Source of the DNA: Mobula hypostoma
Lineage: Eukaryota
DNA: 64,000 nucleotides
Assembly (NCBI RefSeq): GCF_963921235.1
Contig: NC_086118.1
Coordinates: forward strand, 19,656,001 to 19,720,000
Reading direction: 5' to 3'
Made by a program: the position numbers and the translations under genes. How positions within the stretch are numbered: position 1 is the stretch's first letter; each line of letters starts with the position of its first letter. Shown one piece after another: positions 38,640-51,828 of the stretch. A model generated the notes under the pieces. The model saw only the letters and a list, made by a program, of their open reading frames with translations. It searched no databases and was not told the DNA's origin.

Positions 38640-40332
38640 TGCAGTTGCTCAGGTCCCACTTAACCCGTGAACACCTCAGGTCACTGGGGTCGGAGGTCCA
38701 TGCAAGTCTGGAAGTCAAGGCCTGAAGGGCCAAACCTATGATCGGCGAGTCCTGGATCAAGGACTGCAGCCTAAGCTCATGATTCTTGAGTCTTGGGGTC
38801 AAAACCCAGAGATCAGTGAAGTTCAGAGGCAAAGCCAAAGGTCAATGTCCAGAACACAGCAAGCCGGACTGAAGTCAGCGAGCCCAGCGGTAGAGGCTTG
38901 AAGGTCAAAGCCCTTGGGTTGCCTTTTCCAGAGATCAGAGGCCTAATATCTGCAAGACCAGGCCAGGGACTGGAGGTTGGAAGCCTGATGTCTGAGTCTG
39001 AGTGTCCAAGAGTTAGAGGCCTGGAGATGTCCTGTCCCGGGGTTGAATGTCTGTCTGTGGGTATAATTGTGTAAGTGTGTGGCAAGGGGGCTTGTTTCGC
39101 TGCTGTCGTCCTGTTTTATTTTGCTGTTATTGTTATTATTACAACTGCTGCTCGTGTTGTCCAGCTGAACATTGTGGGCAAGCTATACGGGCGCTGGGCT
39201 GTGTAGTGACACCTGCAGGCTGCCCCATGGCGCTGGGCTGTGTGGCGTCACCTGCAGGCTGCCCCATGGCGCTGGACTGTGTAGCGACACCTGCAGGCTG
39301 CCCCATGGCGCTGGACTGTGTAGCGACACCTGCAGGCTGCCCCATGGCGCTGGGCTGTGTAGCGACACCTGCAGGCTGTCCCATGGCGCTGGACTGTGTA
39401 GCGACACCTGTAGGCTGCCCCATGGCGCTGGGCTGTGTAGCGACACCTGCAGGCTGTCCCATGGCGCTGGACTGTGTAGCGACACCTGCAGGCTGCCCCA
39501 TGGCGCTGGACTGTGTAGCGACACCTGAAGGCTGCCCCATGGCGCTGGGCTGTGTGGCGACAGCTGCAGGCTGCCCCATGGCGCTGGACTGTGTAGCGAC
39601 ACCTGCAGGCTGCCCCATGGCGCTGGGCTGTGTGGCGTCACCTGCAGGCTGCCCCATGGCGCTGGACTGTGTGGCGACACCTGCAGGCTGCCCCATGGCG
39701 CTGGGCTGTGTGGCGACAGCTGCAGGCTGCCCCATGGTGCTGGGCTGTGTGGCGACACCTGCAGGCTGCCCCATGGCGCTGGGCTGTGTAGCGACACCTG
39801 CAGGCTGCCCCATGGCGCTGGGCTGTGTGGCGACAGCTGCAGGCTGCCCCATGGCGCTGGGCTGTGTAGCGACACCTGCAGGCTGCCCCATGGCGCTGGG
39901 CTGTGTGGTGACACCTGCAGGCTGCCCCATGGCGCTGGGCTGTGTAGCGACACCTGCAGGCTGCCCCATGGCGCTGGGCTGTGTGGCGACAGCTGCAGGC
40001 TGCCCCATGGCGCTGGGCTGTGTAGCGTCACCTGCAGGCTGCCCCATGGCGCTGGACTGTGTAGCGTCACCTGCAGGCTGCCCCATGGTGCTGGGCTGTG
40101 TAGCGACACCTGCAGGCTGCCCCATGGCGCTGGGCAGTGTAGTGACACCTGCAGGCTGCCCCATGGCGCTGGACTGTGTAGCGACACCTGCAGGCTGCCC
40201 CATGGCGCTGGGCTGTGTAGCGACACCTGCAGGCTGCCCCAACACGTCCTTCAGTGCGTTGGTTGTTAACTCAAATGACACATTCCACTGTGTGCTTTGA
40301 TGTACGTGTGATAAATAAATTGGATTTGGAAT
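38640..40332 (+). mobile_element. non-autonomous retroposon hosting the minisatellite in its 3' region
   Basis: Body of degenerate short GAGTCC/AAGTCC-type repeats and a 3' tail ...CACTGTGTGCTTTGATGTACGTGTGATAAATAAA. Confidence 0.5.
39190..40240. repeat. 39-bp GC-rich minisatellite, 27 copies
   Basis: Unit GGCGCTGG(G/A)CTGTGT(A/G)GCGACACCTGCAGGCTGCCCCAT; the + ORF contains 27 ALxCVATPAGCPM repeats. Confidence 0.98.
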
Positions 40333-41406
40333 CTTCCTGGGTGTAGGCATTCTAATGCTATCTAAAATGTGCTTTTGGTCTTCTTCAGTTATTCTCTTTT
40401 TAGTCAGCAATGTTTTATCTTGTCACAACAAAGTGAAGTTCAATTTCTCAGCATTTGTCTCCTCCCTTCTCACTGATTATTAACCAAACTATTACCTCAT
40501 TCTATCATGGCCTTCCCACTCTATCCATAGTATTCCCCACTGATCCCTGCCACTCCCACCAAACCAGCTGATCTGCCTCCATCTCAAGTTGCCGAGATTT
40601 GTCAACACACTGGTCTTCGATGGAACAGTTCCGCCTTCTGAACTACTTTTCTGTGTAGCTGTTCCACTTCATTCTTCTATGTTATCGTTTATCTTTCTTG
40701 ACCTCAATGCACTGTGTAATGAATTGATCTCTCTGAACAGTATGCAAGACCAGCTGTTCACTGTATCTCTGACACGTGACAATATTAAACCAATACCAAT
40801 CAACAGTTCACATGAATTAAAACCACTTCCTCCCACCTAGTCTTTGAGCAACCTGACAATATTCTGTTAATATGTACAGTAGTTGATTCATTTGACAATC
40901 CCAATAGCGTTTTTCAATTTGTGTATTTTAATTTGATCCCAAGAAACCTCTCAACAAAGGATCATTCTAACTTGCACCATGTCATACATTCCTACATTGA
41001 CCATGAGTAGAAGGTCCTTGGTCTGTCATTCCAAGTACTCAAAGACCCCAAGCAGATGTCCATGGCACGACTCTGGCCCAAGGCAGGCAACCTGCCCTAT
41101 GAGCTACCTAGTCACAGCTGCAGTGTACAGCCTCTGCCCTCCTTGCTAAACTGTTCATCATTTCATCATGATTTGCTGGGGTTGCAGCTGCCTGCCACGA
41201 TGGACCCAAATGAGGAGGAACTGCAGACTCTGTCACAGACAGCTCTGGAGACAACTCAGCCCAGGAGCAGAGGAACGGCAGACTCCCTATGAAGAGACTG
41301 AAACAAGAGGTTACACATATGAATACCAACAGAGCATCAGTGGCATGACCGAGCAACACCACAAGACAAACTATTCTCCACAGACAAAGGACTCCACAAC
41401 AGTGCT

Positions 41407-44400
41407 TCTTCTTCTTCCTTGAGTTTTCACGGCAGTTGGCATCCACATTGTTGCATTACTGCCATCTTCAGGATTTATTGTCCTTCATTGTCCATTCACT
41501 TTAAAGCCGTCTTTCCAGTCCCGTCGCCCTTAAATAACTAAACAACCATTTCCTCCCCTGATCACTCTCCCCACATTCCAATAAACCTTTAACACTGTTC
41601 TCTACCAGTCCTATTTTACGTAATTGTTGTAACATTTATTGTCTTTCCTGTGCAAATTTCCTGCATAAAATAAGGATATGCTCTACTGTTTCAGTCTCCT
41701 GACGTAGATCGCAAAAACCTGTTGGATGCTTATTTATGATGGCCAGAGTGCCATTAAGGTTGCTGTGCCCATTTCTCAGTCTACTTATAATTACTTGCTC
41801 CTTCTGCTTTACTCCCCTACTTCTTCCCATATCTACTCTGTTCTGAATTGAATGTAAATGTCTTCCTTTTATTGCTCTATCCCAATGCTGCTGCCACTTT
41901 TGATTTATCCTTCTCCACACTATGCTCTTCCCCTCTGATTTTGATAATTTAATATTGACCTCTACAGATGCTTTTTTGACTGCTGTTTTTGCCAGCTTAT
42001 CTGCTGTCTCATTTCCCATAATACCTGAATGTGCTGGAACTCACATGAATGCGAAATTTTTGCCTTGTCTAGCCAGTCTTGAATTTGCAAACAGGATTTC
42101 ATAAAGCAGATCCTGGTGACCTCTAGCTGTACCTGCCTTAATGCTCGCAAGGGTCGACACGGAATCGCTACATATCACAATATTATTACAATCAACCTGC
42201 TCACTCCATTGTGGTGCTAACAATATGGCAAACATTTCAACTGCATATACACTCAAGCAATCAGTATTCTCTTGCTAATTTCCACTGGATAACTTGGTAC
42301 AACAATTGAAGACCCTGTTGCACCTATTTCTGGATCCTTTGATCCATCTGTTAAAAATCTGTATGTCTTTATATTTACATTCCCTATGACTATGATATTC
42401 ACTGCGTATATCAGATGTCTTATTACTGTGCTTAATCTTAAGCAATTCCAAATCTACAGAGGGATTTTCTAATACCCAGAAAGGTCTGACAGGCCACACC
42501 ACACTTGGACAAAACTCTTTATCGTATACACCCATATCTTTTGCTGTTTGCTCTCCTGTCCAACCAAAACTTTCTTTTAGTGCCCTCTCCTTCTCCCAGC
42601 ATATCTGCAACACCCTTTTTGTAGGATGGCTATCACCATGCCCCCTTAAATTAATCCAATAATTGGCCTCCAGCTGTTTACGCCACAGCCCCAATGGCAT
42701 TTCATTTGCTTCAACTTGGAGTGCACACACTGGGGAAGTTCTAACCGCTCCCAAGCACACCCCTAGAGCCCAAGCTTGCACGATATCCAGTTCTGCCAGC
42801 ACAGATTTTGCTGCTGACCCGTATACAATACTTCCGTAGTCTAATCTTGATCTTATTAATGCTACATAAATATACTTCAGTGATGCAAAATCAGCATCCC
42901 CCTTCCAATCCAGCAAGACACCTCATGATATTTATCACATTTTTACATTTAGTAACTACATATTTAACATGTTCTCTCCATGTTAATCTCAAGCCAAAGT
43001 GCACTCCCAAAAACTGAAAACTTTTAACTCTCTCCATACAGATTCAAATTAAGTCCCCTGAACTTTTTCCTTGTAAAGTACATGGCTTTTGTCTTCTCCA
43101 CTGAAAATTTAACACCCCACTTTGTCCCCCACATTTCAACTTAATTAATTCCATTTTGCATTTTCGTAACTATATGTTCAATATTTCTCTCTCTTTTCCA
43201 CAAAGCCCCGTCATCTGCAAACAATGACCTCCTCACTTCCGTTGGAATATTTACGAATATATCCTTTATCAAAATGGGGAATAAAGTTGGACTCACTACA
43301 CTCCCCTGAGGCATCCTGTTTTCTACAACATACTGGCTTGATAGCTCTGATACTATCTTCACCTGAATATTTCTTGCATTTAGAAAGTCCTTAACCCAAT
43401 TGAACATCGCCCCCACCCTCGATTCCCATTAAATGTAGCTTGATTAGGAGCCCCTCTTTCCATAACATATCATAAGCTTTCTCAACATCAAAAAAAAACT
43501 GCAACCACTGTCTCTTTATTTACTTGAGTTTTTCTTATTTCATCCTCTAGATACAACACTGGATCCATAGTATTCCTTCCTTTCCTGAACCCGCTTTGAT
43601 ACATAGCCACCATACCTCTACTTTCCAAGAAGTACACTAACCTCTCATTTATCATACGTTCCATAAGTTTACATACTTGTGATGTCAAGGCAATTAGCCT
43701 GTAGTTTCCTGGCCTGCTGGCATCTTTTCCAGGTTTCCTTATTGGAATAATTATTGCCTCTTTCCAGCTCCCTGGTATTCTCCCTTCATCCCAGACTTTG
43801 TTATACAGAAGCAGTACTTTCTGCAGACTTCCTTCACTCAGGTGTTTTATCATACTATAACATATTTCATCTTTACCTGGCGCAGTCTTTCCTGTTCTAT
43901 CTAGTGCCTTTCTTAACTCTCCCATGCTGAAAGGGACATCTTGCACACCGTCAAAATTAGTTTTCCTACATAAAGCCTCCATATCTTCAGCTTTTGTTCT
44001 CTCTCTACCTCTTCCTCCCTTCTCAGACAAATTGTCAGAACTATGTACCGTAACAAAAGTGTTTGCCAACAATTCTACCTTTTCCTTATTTGTTACTGCA
44101 GTCACATTTCCATCAACCAGAACTGGCTACCTCCACTATCTCCCGTCCCCTCCCATCCTTTGTCATTCTTTTCACACTCTTCACTAAACCATTCCTCACC
44201 CTCAAGTTCTCCACTAGCTCCTTCATATTAACACTGAGGGGAACCCTGGAGATCACCCCCTTGCAACCATTGACCATTTGTGCTCCAACTCTTACAACCC
44301 TGGACACTTTGACTTTCCCAACAGTAGTCACCTTCATTGCCTTCTCCATCTGCTCTTCAGTTTTACATCCTATCAGCAGGTTTCCACCTCCTAAAATTCT

Positions 44401-44917
44401 CGCATGGTTCACTTCCCCTACTTGCCCTCTGATGATTTTTGTTAGCTTAAGTGGATCGATTTTCTTTACTCCCCCTTCCCCCTCAAATCTTACCACTACA
44501 TTTAGCAATTTTTCCCTCAGGCCCTTCTCCTCAACTTCTCTTCCCTCACTTTCCGATCCACCTACACTAGACCCACCTCCTTCCTTCATCTTCCGACCCT
44601 TCATCTTCCTGTTCTTAGTCCCTCTCCCCACCTCTTCCCACTCAATCTCCGTACTATTGCTGTCACCATCAGTCTCCATCCCTCCCATCCTACCAGAGTT
44701 TGCAAGGAACTGTGTACGAATATCGTTCCGGACCTGTACAGGCCGTCGGTCAATATTCCCACAGAATGTCCCCCACAACACCCCGTTAGTTCGCTTGGTC
44801 GCCCCTCTGACCGGAACCCTTGGCTTCCCTCATCCAAAAACTCAGCCAGCCTCTCTCCACCCCCAGCCAAACAGTTGGCCCTTCCAGATCCCAGCTGCTC
44901 ACCAGCAACAGCCACCT
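41407..44917 (-). mobile_element. Nimb/I-clade LINE with RNase H, internally deleted
   Basis: ORF1 N-terminal part at 44113-44781; RT motifs (APGKDEI, NYRLIALTS, QSGFRKGR, PQGSVVSP, LFADD); RNase H motifs (AVEMFAI, ICSDS, GNETADKLAK); ETVEHIL..C zinc knuckle; (GAA)n tail; imperfect 12-bp TSD CACAACAGTGCT / CACACCAGCGCT. Confidence 0.88.
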
Positions 44918-45201
44918 CACACCAGCGCTAAATGAGAAGTCCCTATAAAAATCAGGAAATGGGGTAACCAATACCAGTCACAATTAACTTCACAAGGTTA
45001 AGCAGAAAGCACCAGGCTTAATGGCTCCAGTTAAGATAACAATTAGTAAATGCAGGTGCCTGAGAAACCCAGAAACTCAACACTCCATGGCAAGCTGTAG
45101 AGGATCTCAGTGCTCATGACAGTACTTTCCTCCCTAAGGCCAGCACCTGGCAGACCAGAGAGCCCTGAGGAACTTGAGACAGGGCAGTAAAACCCAGAGC
45201 A

Positions 45202-45280
45202 GACCTGATGCTCATGAGAAAGGGCTGGAAAACCAGGAACTGACCTGATGCTCATGAGAAAGGGTTGGAAAACTCAGAAC
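45202..45280. repeat. 40-bp tandem repeat (2 good copies plus degenerate upstream copies)
   Basis: GACCTGATGCTCATGAGAAAGGG(C/T)TGGAAAAC at 45202 and 45242. Confidence 0.85.
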
Positions 45281-46335
45281 CGTTGCATTATGTATCGCTC
45301 AGTAACAATACTATAGATACAATACAATAACTAGCCTATAGATCGGGAACATTGCATTGCATATAGCTCAGGAAAGTTTGTTTATATAAATTGGAAACAC
45401 TGCATATAACTGAGAAACATTGCACAACATGGGAGACCTTATGAAGCTTGTTGGCCCAGAGGATCTCGGAAAAAGTTTTAAACGTAGAGTGGAGAAACTT
45501 GGAATGAAGCCTTCGGGAACAGTTGGAATGAAGCCTTCAGGACTTGAGCTGAGTAAAAAGTCATCCTCGCCTCCAGCCATCTGATGTCCAAGCCGCTGGA
45601 GTATTTCTGCTGGCTTAATTATGAGCGGAGTCCTGCTGGCATGGTGGTCACCAATAGGACTGGCTCCAAGTGTAGAGGAGTGACAGACTCTGTCATGGTG
45701 CGCATTGGCAGCAACTCAACCCAGGAGCAGAGAATTGGCAGATTCCCCAAGAAGCGACAGAAACAAGAGATTAGACATTGGAATACCAACGGAACATCAG
45801 AGGCACGAGCAAGCGACACCATGAGACAGATTATTCTCCACACCAAAATTAAACAAGAGACCCCTTTAAAAAATTATAATTTTAAATTATAAAAATTATC
45901 AGTCACAATTAACTGGACAAGATTAAACAGAAAGCACCAGGGCCTAATGGCTCTGGTTGAGATAATAATTAGTAAATACAAGTGATCGAAAAACCTAAAA
46001 GCCCAACACTCCATGGACAGCCATGGAAGCCCGCAGGGCTCATGACAGTTGCCTATCAGACACTACACATTTTTTACATCTATGGAGGCGGCCAGTACCT
46101 TGTATCTGTTGAAGAAGGTCAAAAGCCAGCATCACCATATCATGGGTCGCCTTATTCAGTGTCATATCCTTCTGACCTTGGTCTCTGTTCAAATCCAAGT
46201 ACTATGAGGCTAACAAATATGACTACTCCCTGAACAAGCATTTCTGGCGACTCTCACTCTCCACGTTGTTTCACAATATCCACAACTCAGATTCCAGATA
46301 AACAGATCCAAGTTGCGTGATACAGGCGTGCTTGT

Positions 46336-47760
46336 TCAAGTTCAGGTTCAAGTTTAATTTTTATTTAACCATATATGAATATAGCCAAATTGGACAGCAT
46401 TCCCCCAGGACCAAATATAAAACACATTACCAAAAGCACACATCACACTGCACACAGCACAAATAGCACATACTGATGCCTGTAGAGTTGGACAGAGGTC
46501 AAGAGTGGATATTGCTTCCAAGCTGTCAACCTGATAGGCAAGCCAGGGCATTGCAATATGGAGAACAAGCCGTTGCCCATTTAGCAGGCTTCCCTTCTCC
46601 ACGCAGCTGATGAATCCAAAGGAACAGCAGACACTGATACAGTTTGGCATCAGCCATTTCGCAGAAGTTGCCAGTTAGCATTGAGCTTTAGGTCTGCTTT
46701 AGGGTTTTCAGGTCTGGATTTTTCCTCATAGTTTATCATGAAGGCTTCCCGATGAGTGAGTATCGCCACAAGGCAGTAGAGGTTTGAGTTCAGAGTCTTC
46801 CTTCTCCTAGATTATCTGCCTATCATGGCTGATGAGCTCCATCTGCCTGATGCATGTGGTTTTAAGGCACCTGTAACCTGCCTTTTCCCCTTTTCCTCTC
46901 AGTAGCAATGGTCTGCTGAGCTAAATCACACATGAAGGCCAGGAACTTAACGGTTGTCAGGGGCTATTGAGACACACATGGTTGGGAGCATTTAATAGGT
47001 AGTGGGAGCTTATCCTCACTACCTCCCTGGCTATGACAAGCTTAAAGAACCCAAGTAGCACATATGTCTATGATCTCAGAAAAATATATAGTCACAAAGA
47101 GAAAATAATAATAATGATCATAATAATAATAATAATAATAATGTGGCCCTAGTCCTGTGTAGCTTGACTAGATTGATGGTTAGTTAACCTGGTTCAGCTT
47201 GTTCTTCCTCTGAATAACACTGGAGGGGAGCACCAAATGAACATCGAAGGCAGCACTAAATGAACACTTGAGGGTAACACCGAAAAGAGGAGCCAGTCCC
47301 CAGCCGAGTATGGATCCCAGCATGCACTACAGAAGCTCTCCCACACCACCCCAGTCAGCTGCAACAGGCAGATCTGCAACCTAGGCCTAGTCCTTGACAC
47401 AACTGAGGTAATGTAGCTCCCTTGGCATCTGCCTCACCAATAAACCAGTGAACTGGACTTGCACTATTCTATGTTACCAATGTCCAACAGGGTCCTGTGA
47501 TCACACTAAAAACATCAAAGATAATCAGCTGCACTGTGCACCGTGCAACAGAACACATCAAGTCCAAATGGCAAAACAACAATGGTATGCAATATGTCCA
47601 GCTCCATCGCTATTGGCAAACTCACTGAAGGGACAATGCTGCATTATGTGATGTTCCTAGAATCTAGCAGTGACCTGCAATCATTAAAAAGATGACCAAA
47701 TGCTCCTTTGATTGGGCCCGGAGTGCTGCTGCATCCGAGCGTACTGCCATCTTACCAGAG
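46336..47760 (-). mobile_element. nested non-autonomous retroposon fragments (minus-strand TTGAAC tail; a second element inserted at about 46505-47045)
   Basis: (TTCAAG)-type tail at 46336, continuation after 47050, and an (AAT)n tract at 47105-47142. Confidence 0.4.
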
Positions 47761-47989
47761 GTTGGTAAACTGACTGATCTGGATGATGGAATTGTTGGCT
47801 TTGCGGTCAAGTTTGTGGACAATACAAAGATAGGTGGACAGGCAGGTAGTACTGAGGATGCAGGAAGTCTGCAGAAGGACTAAGAATCTTTGTACCAGCC
47901 TGCCCCAGGTTATAATAAACTAGCACTTCTAACTGGAGCACTGGATGCGTTCCTTTCTACATTTTGTGTTTGTGCTGTATTCAAACTAA

Positions 47990-49680
47990 GAATCAGTACA
48001 AACTCACTGGATGAGTGAGACATACATATTTAGAAAAAGCTATGATCTGGAAAAAAAACGATTAGAGTGAAATTGAAATATGTTTTGTATATTGTGCCAA
48101 CCTATAACATTCTAACCACTGCGAGTTGGCTGATACTGAACCAACTAAATTAGGATCGGTGGCATATTCCCAAATATAGAGGAAAATAACTCCTACAGGA
48201 AACTACAGACTCCTTCTATAAACAACAAGGTGCTTTGATAAAAGAACCTTCTCAATTTAACTCACCCATGTTCGGCGTAGCAATGCCTGATGAACAATAG
48301 CGATTGGTCATCGACTGCATTGTCCGAAATGAACACACGGCTCTTAATTCAGCCCAGCAATAGTCAACACAACAAATGCTGCAAGGATTGACTTGTAAAA
48401 AGTAAAAATCTTGCATAGATCTGGCTAATGGCTTCTGATCACGCCCAGTTCTTGAAAATAACGGACATCACACAGCCTCTACATCACCCGATGACTCACA
48501 ATGTCAGTGGACCAGACACTTGCAAGTTTTTTGGAATAGTCCACAGATATTCTCTGCAGGAGTCCTTCAGACTCTACAGGGAGTGCCTATCTTGATAATG
48601 TATACTGCACTGCTGACGCACTGAATGTGCACTTAACACAGATTACGATTAGTCATTAAAGGGTTGACAGATAGAAGCTATGTAATTAATATCAAAACAT
48701 TTCAACTCTTTCATACAGAAGTAATTTCCTAGGCATGCCAATTACCAATCAGGGACATGTTTCAATGCATGACTGAGACTAAAAGTCACTGAATTACAAA
48801 ATCCAAACACCCTAAAGGACTTACAATTAATGCCTAGGCCTATTGAACTATGCTAAAGCTTTCATACCTGACTATGTTCAATTGTCAAAACTATTATATG
48901 GCAGATGTACACTGAAAAATGAAAAACCTTTTGATTTTACCCCAGAAGATTATGAGGCACTAGAGAACTCTATGAATTTAGTACCAGTTTGCAACACGGT
49001 AAGACACTCTAAAAATATAAGTAAATACCCCTGCCCACAAGTGGGAAGGACTGATTCACTGATTCAACAAGGCCACCAGGGTCTGGCATAATCATGGTGG
49101 CGGACAAGCTGTTCATGCAAAATTATCCATGTTACACTCGTAGCCTTATATGTTGAGTGATTGTAAGCATTTTGTTGCAAATTGTAAAAGAATATCTGGT
49201 CTATAATAAAGAACAGTCACAGGACCACCTCCTATAAAACAAACAAAACCAATTGCACCAATACAAGTGTGGCAATTGATTATGTAGGCCTATTTCTATC
49301 ACGTCAAGGCAACCCACCTTACTGGAAACCTAATTAGTATATTCTTGTGATAGTTGATCTTTGTGTGGAATAGGCAAGGTTAAATCCCACAAATTCCTGC
49401 AGTGAAGCCCCAACCGTCACAGCACTCCAAAACTCCATATTCCCACATGCAAACATTCCAAACAAGGGTCTTCCTTCATTGGTAAAGGCTTTCAGGCCAC
49501 GTGTGAACAAGCCGGCATACAAGTGGAGCACAGCACACCATTCCACCCCCAATCATGTGGCATGGTGGCGAGAAAGGCTCGAGTGATAACGCAAAGCCTG
49601 GCAAAACTGGTCTGCTCTTGCAGACAAAAATTGGTTAGGCTTGTCCCTTAAGTGCAACTGTCCATAAACAAAATGCTAAT
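47990..49680 (+). pseudogene. pol: foamy-virus-like (spumaretrovirus) pol remnant: RT and integrase, RNase H apparently deleted
   Basis: The frame at 48241 reads KEPSQFNSPMFGVAMPDEQ*RLVIDC...KK*KSCIDLANGF*SRP...QWTRHLQVFWNSPQIFSA, then YLDNVY after a frameshift, SYVINIK..FLGMPITNQG and LKDLQ..LLNYAKAFIPDY..L.K.LY. Integrase motifs: WQ.DYVG, YILVIVD, HSTPFHPQSCGMVARK. Confidence 0.85.
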
Positions 49681-49778
49681 TGCAAAAATAGGAGTATATA
49701 GGAATGTTATACTTCATTTTTTTTAATGTACAAATAGCACTGTGGTAATCGAGGCCGGGAGAGGAAACAAAACAGTAA

Positions 49779-51330
49779 GTAAAGCGGTCTCCAAAAATAA
49801 CATCAAACCCGCCCCAGCAGGACTTATCCTCCCAGAATGAATGGAACCTTAATATTAGACCAGTTAACGGGTTCACCACTGAACCCCTACTCTCCAATGG
49901 GAAGCGGGGGTGGGTGGTGAGGTGTATTGAAGAGGTAAAACACATATTTAGATCTAAACAAAAGCCTAACAATTCCTGTTCACTTGAGGAAGATCTCATA
50001 GATACATTGTCCAAGAATAATACATCCAAAATGCATTGTTGTTTTCAGAGTAAGAAAGACACGAACTCCAGGAAGAAATGGTGCTCTTTGCTTTTAATAT
50101 TTGTGATTATGATAATGCTATTCAGTGCTGCCTTACTTACTGTTTGCTTTTTAGCAGACAAAGTCACATTTACTACAGAAATTGACTCATCAGGCTTGGA
50201 CACCCCTAAACTCAATGACACAGAGAATATGAGATTAAGGAGATCTGTGAGCAATGGTGATTCTAATTTAAATATCACCAAATGGCCCTTACCCCTTGAT
50301 CATATGTGAACTAGTACACTGGAACATTTAAATCTTGCCTCTGGCAATGCTATTGTTTCCATCCACTTAAACATTCACTCTGACCGCATTGCAGATGAAA
50401 TGAACACAGAAACATGGGAAGTCAAAACTAATAGAGGAATCCCTTGCAATGGATCCTGCTACACTTGAGGAAAAGTATAGACACTGTTATATCGTTGAAT
50501 GGTCCAACTCAGTGCATTTAGAATTTCCAGCAAAGCCCTGGATCTAATTATTGCACGGAAAAATAATATGGAAAAATGCACTGATGACGTACACCCCACA
50601 TCGATAATGTTACATGCATTGACAAGCCTACAATTGTGGCTATGTATTCAGTTGCATGGTATTAAAATCAACAGGCAAAGAAAAATTTAGCCCTTAACAA
50701 TTTTCAAGATATTAGAATTAAAGTAAAACCACCTGTACAGCCATGCTTTGACAGTGCTCACTCTCAGAATAGCACTGATCAGATCCCTCGGTTCACTCGA
50801 AAGGTAGAAATTTCTGACGACAGAAGTTGTTCAGACATACCACTATCAGAGGTTCGTTCACTTTTTCAGGTTTATAATGGATATGACTCTTGGAGTAATC
50901 TAATTAGTAAATTTATGTTACATATCTTAAGACAGAAACCCAAGACCAGTTTTAATCAATGAATTGTGATACGAAGATGCAACAAAGACTATTCCAGAAG
51001 GATTTGATATTCGGCAATAATGGCTAGAGAAAACTCAGTCCAATCAAAAGAGTATTTCTCGAGGCAGTACTAGTGTAGCTGAACTAACACAATCAGACGA
51101 GTGAGGTATCTCCCTTCACAAATTTCCATGGCAGACCCATACAAAGCCTTGACTGGCTTAACACTCGAACTGAAACAGTAACTAAGACCTTTCCAGTATT
51201 GCAAATTTACTGTACCTTTTGCAGTAGCAGATAGTTTCTGGTGGATTGGCACTTATTTGAATTGGGATTCAGATTTTTTTTTTGCAGTTTTCCAACGGAC
51301 AAATCCCCTAGCCATTGAAATTTTTATTTT
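49779..51330 (+). pseudogene. env: foamy-like env remnant, 5' part (leader peptide and start of SU)
   Basis: The open frame 49779-50309 has a long hydrophilic N-terminus, a hydrophobic helix (WCSLLLIFVIMIMLFSAALLTVCFL), the furin site RLRR/S and an NIT sequon, directly after IN. Confidence 0.7.
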
Positions 51331-51828
51331 TATGGTGCTCCTTCTGTTAAACATTGAAGTCTGCAAAGACTGAAGTTTGGTGACTTTTGCCTTTTGTACA
51401 CTGGCTCCACTCCTAAGGCTCCTTTAGCTACGTTAACCCCATTACCTTCCTTGGATTATCTCTTGTATGTCTGCTTTGCAATCGCGGCCTCATATTTGCC
51501 TTTCACCTATTCCTTTTAACCCCAAAGAGTGAAGAGCAGAGACTGCCTGATCATGTTATTCTTGCTCCTTGCCTTTTCCTAGTGCTGATCACTAATGCTC
51601 CATAGAGGTATGCGTGTTTCTCGACTCATCTTGAGGAGGCGTGGGATGTGTCTGTCACAATTAATCAGTCTCATAACATAATTGCATAAAGATGAGTCGA
51701 TAAACATTTTTCACTCACTTATTTGGGTATTATATATTTACTTTCTAATAAGGGTAACTTTGTATATAATATGGCTTTTCAGACTTTATATACTATCCTT
51801 TGAAAGTACAGTATGTTGTTCACTGTGA

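Noticed and set aside
39190..40240. CRISPR array or real repeat-protein gene
   Set aside because: The units are contiguous with no unique spacers, there are no cas genes, and the context is eukaryotic. The ORFs are explained by a stop-free 39-bp unit.
44063..44935. 290-aa plus-strand ORF
   Set aside because: It is the antisense shadow of the purine-rich Nimb ORF1 and 5' UTR.
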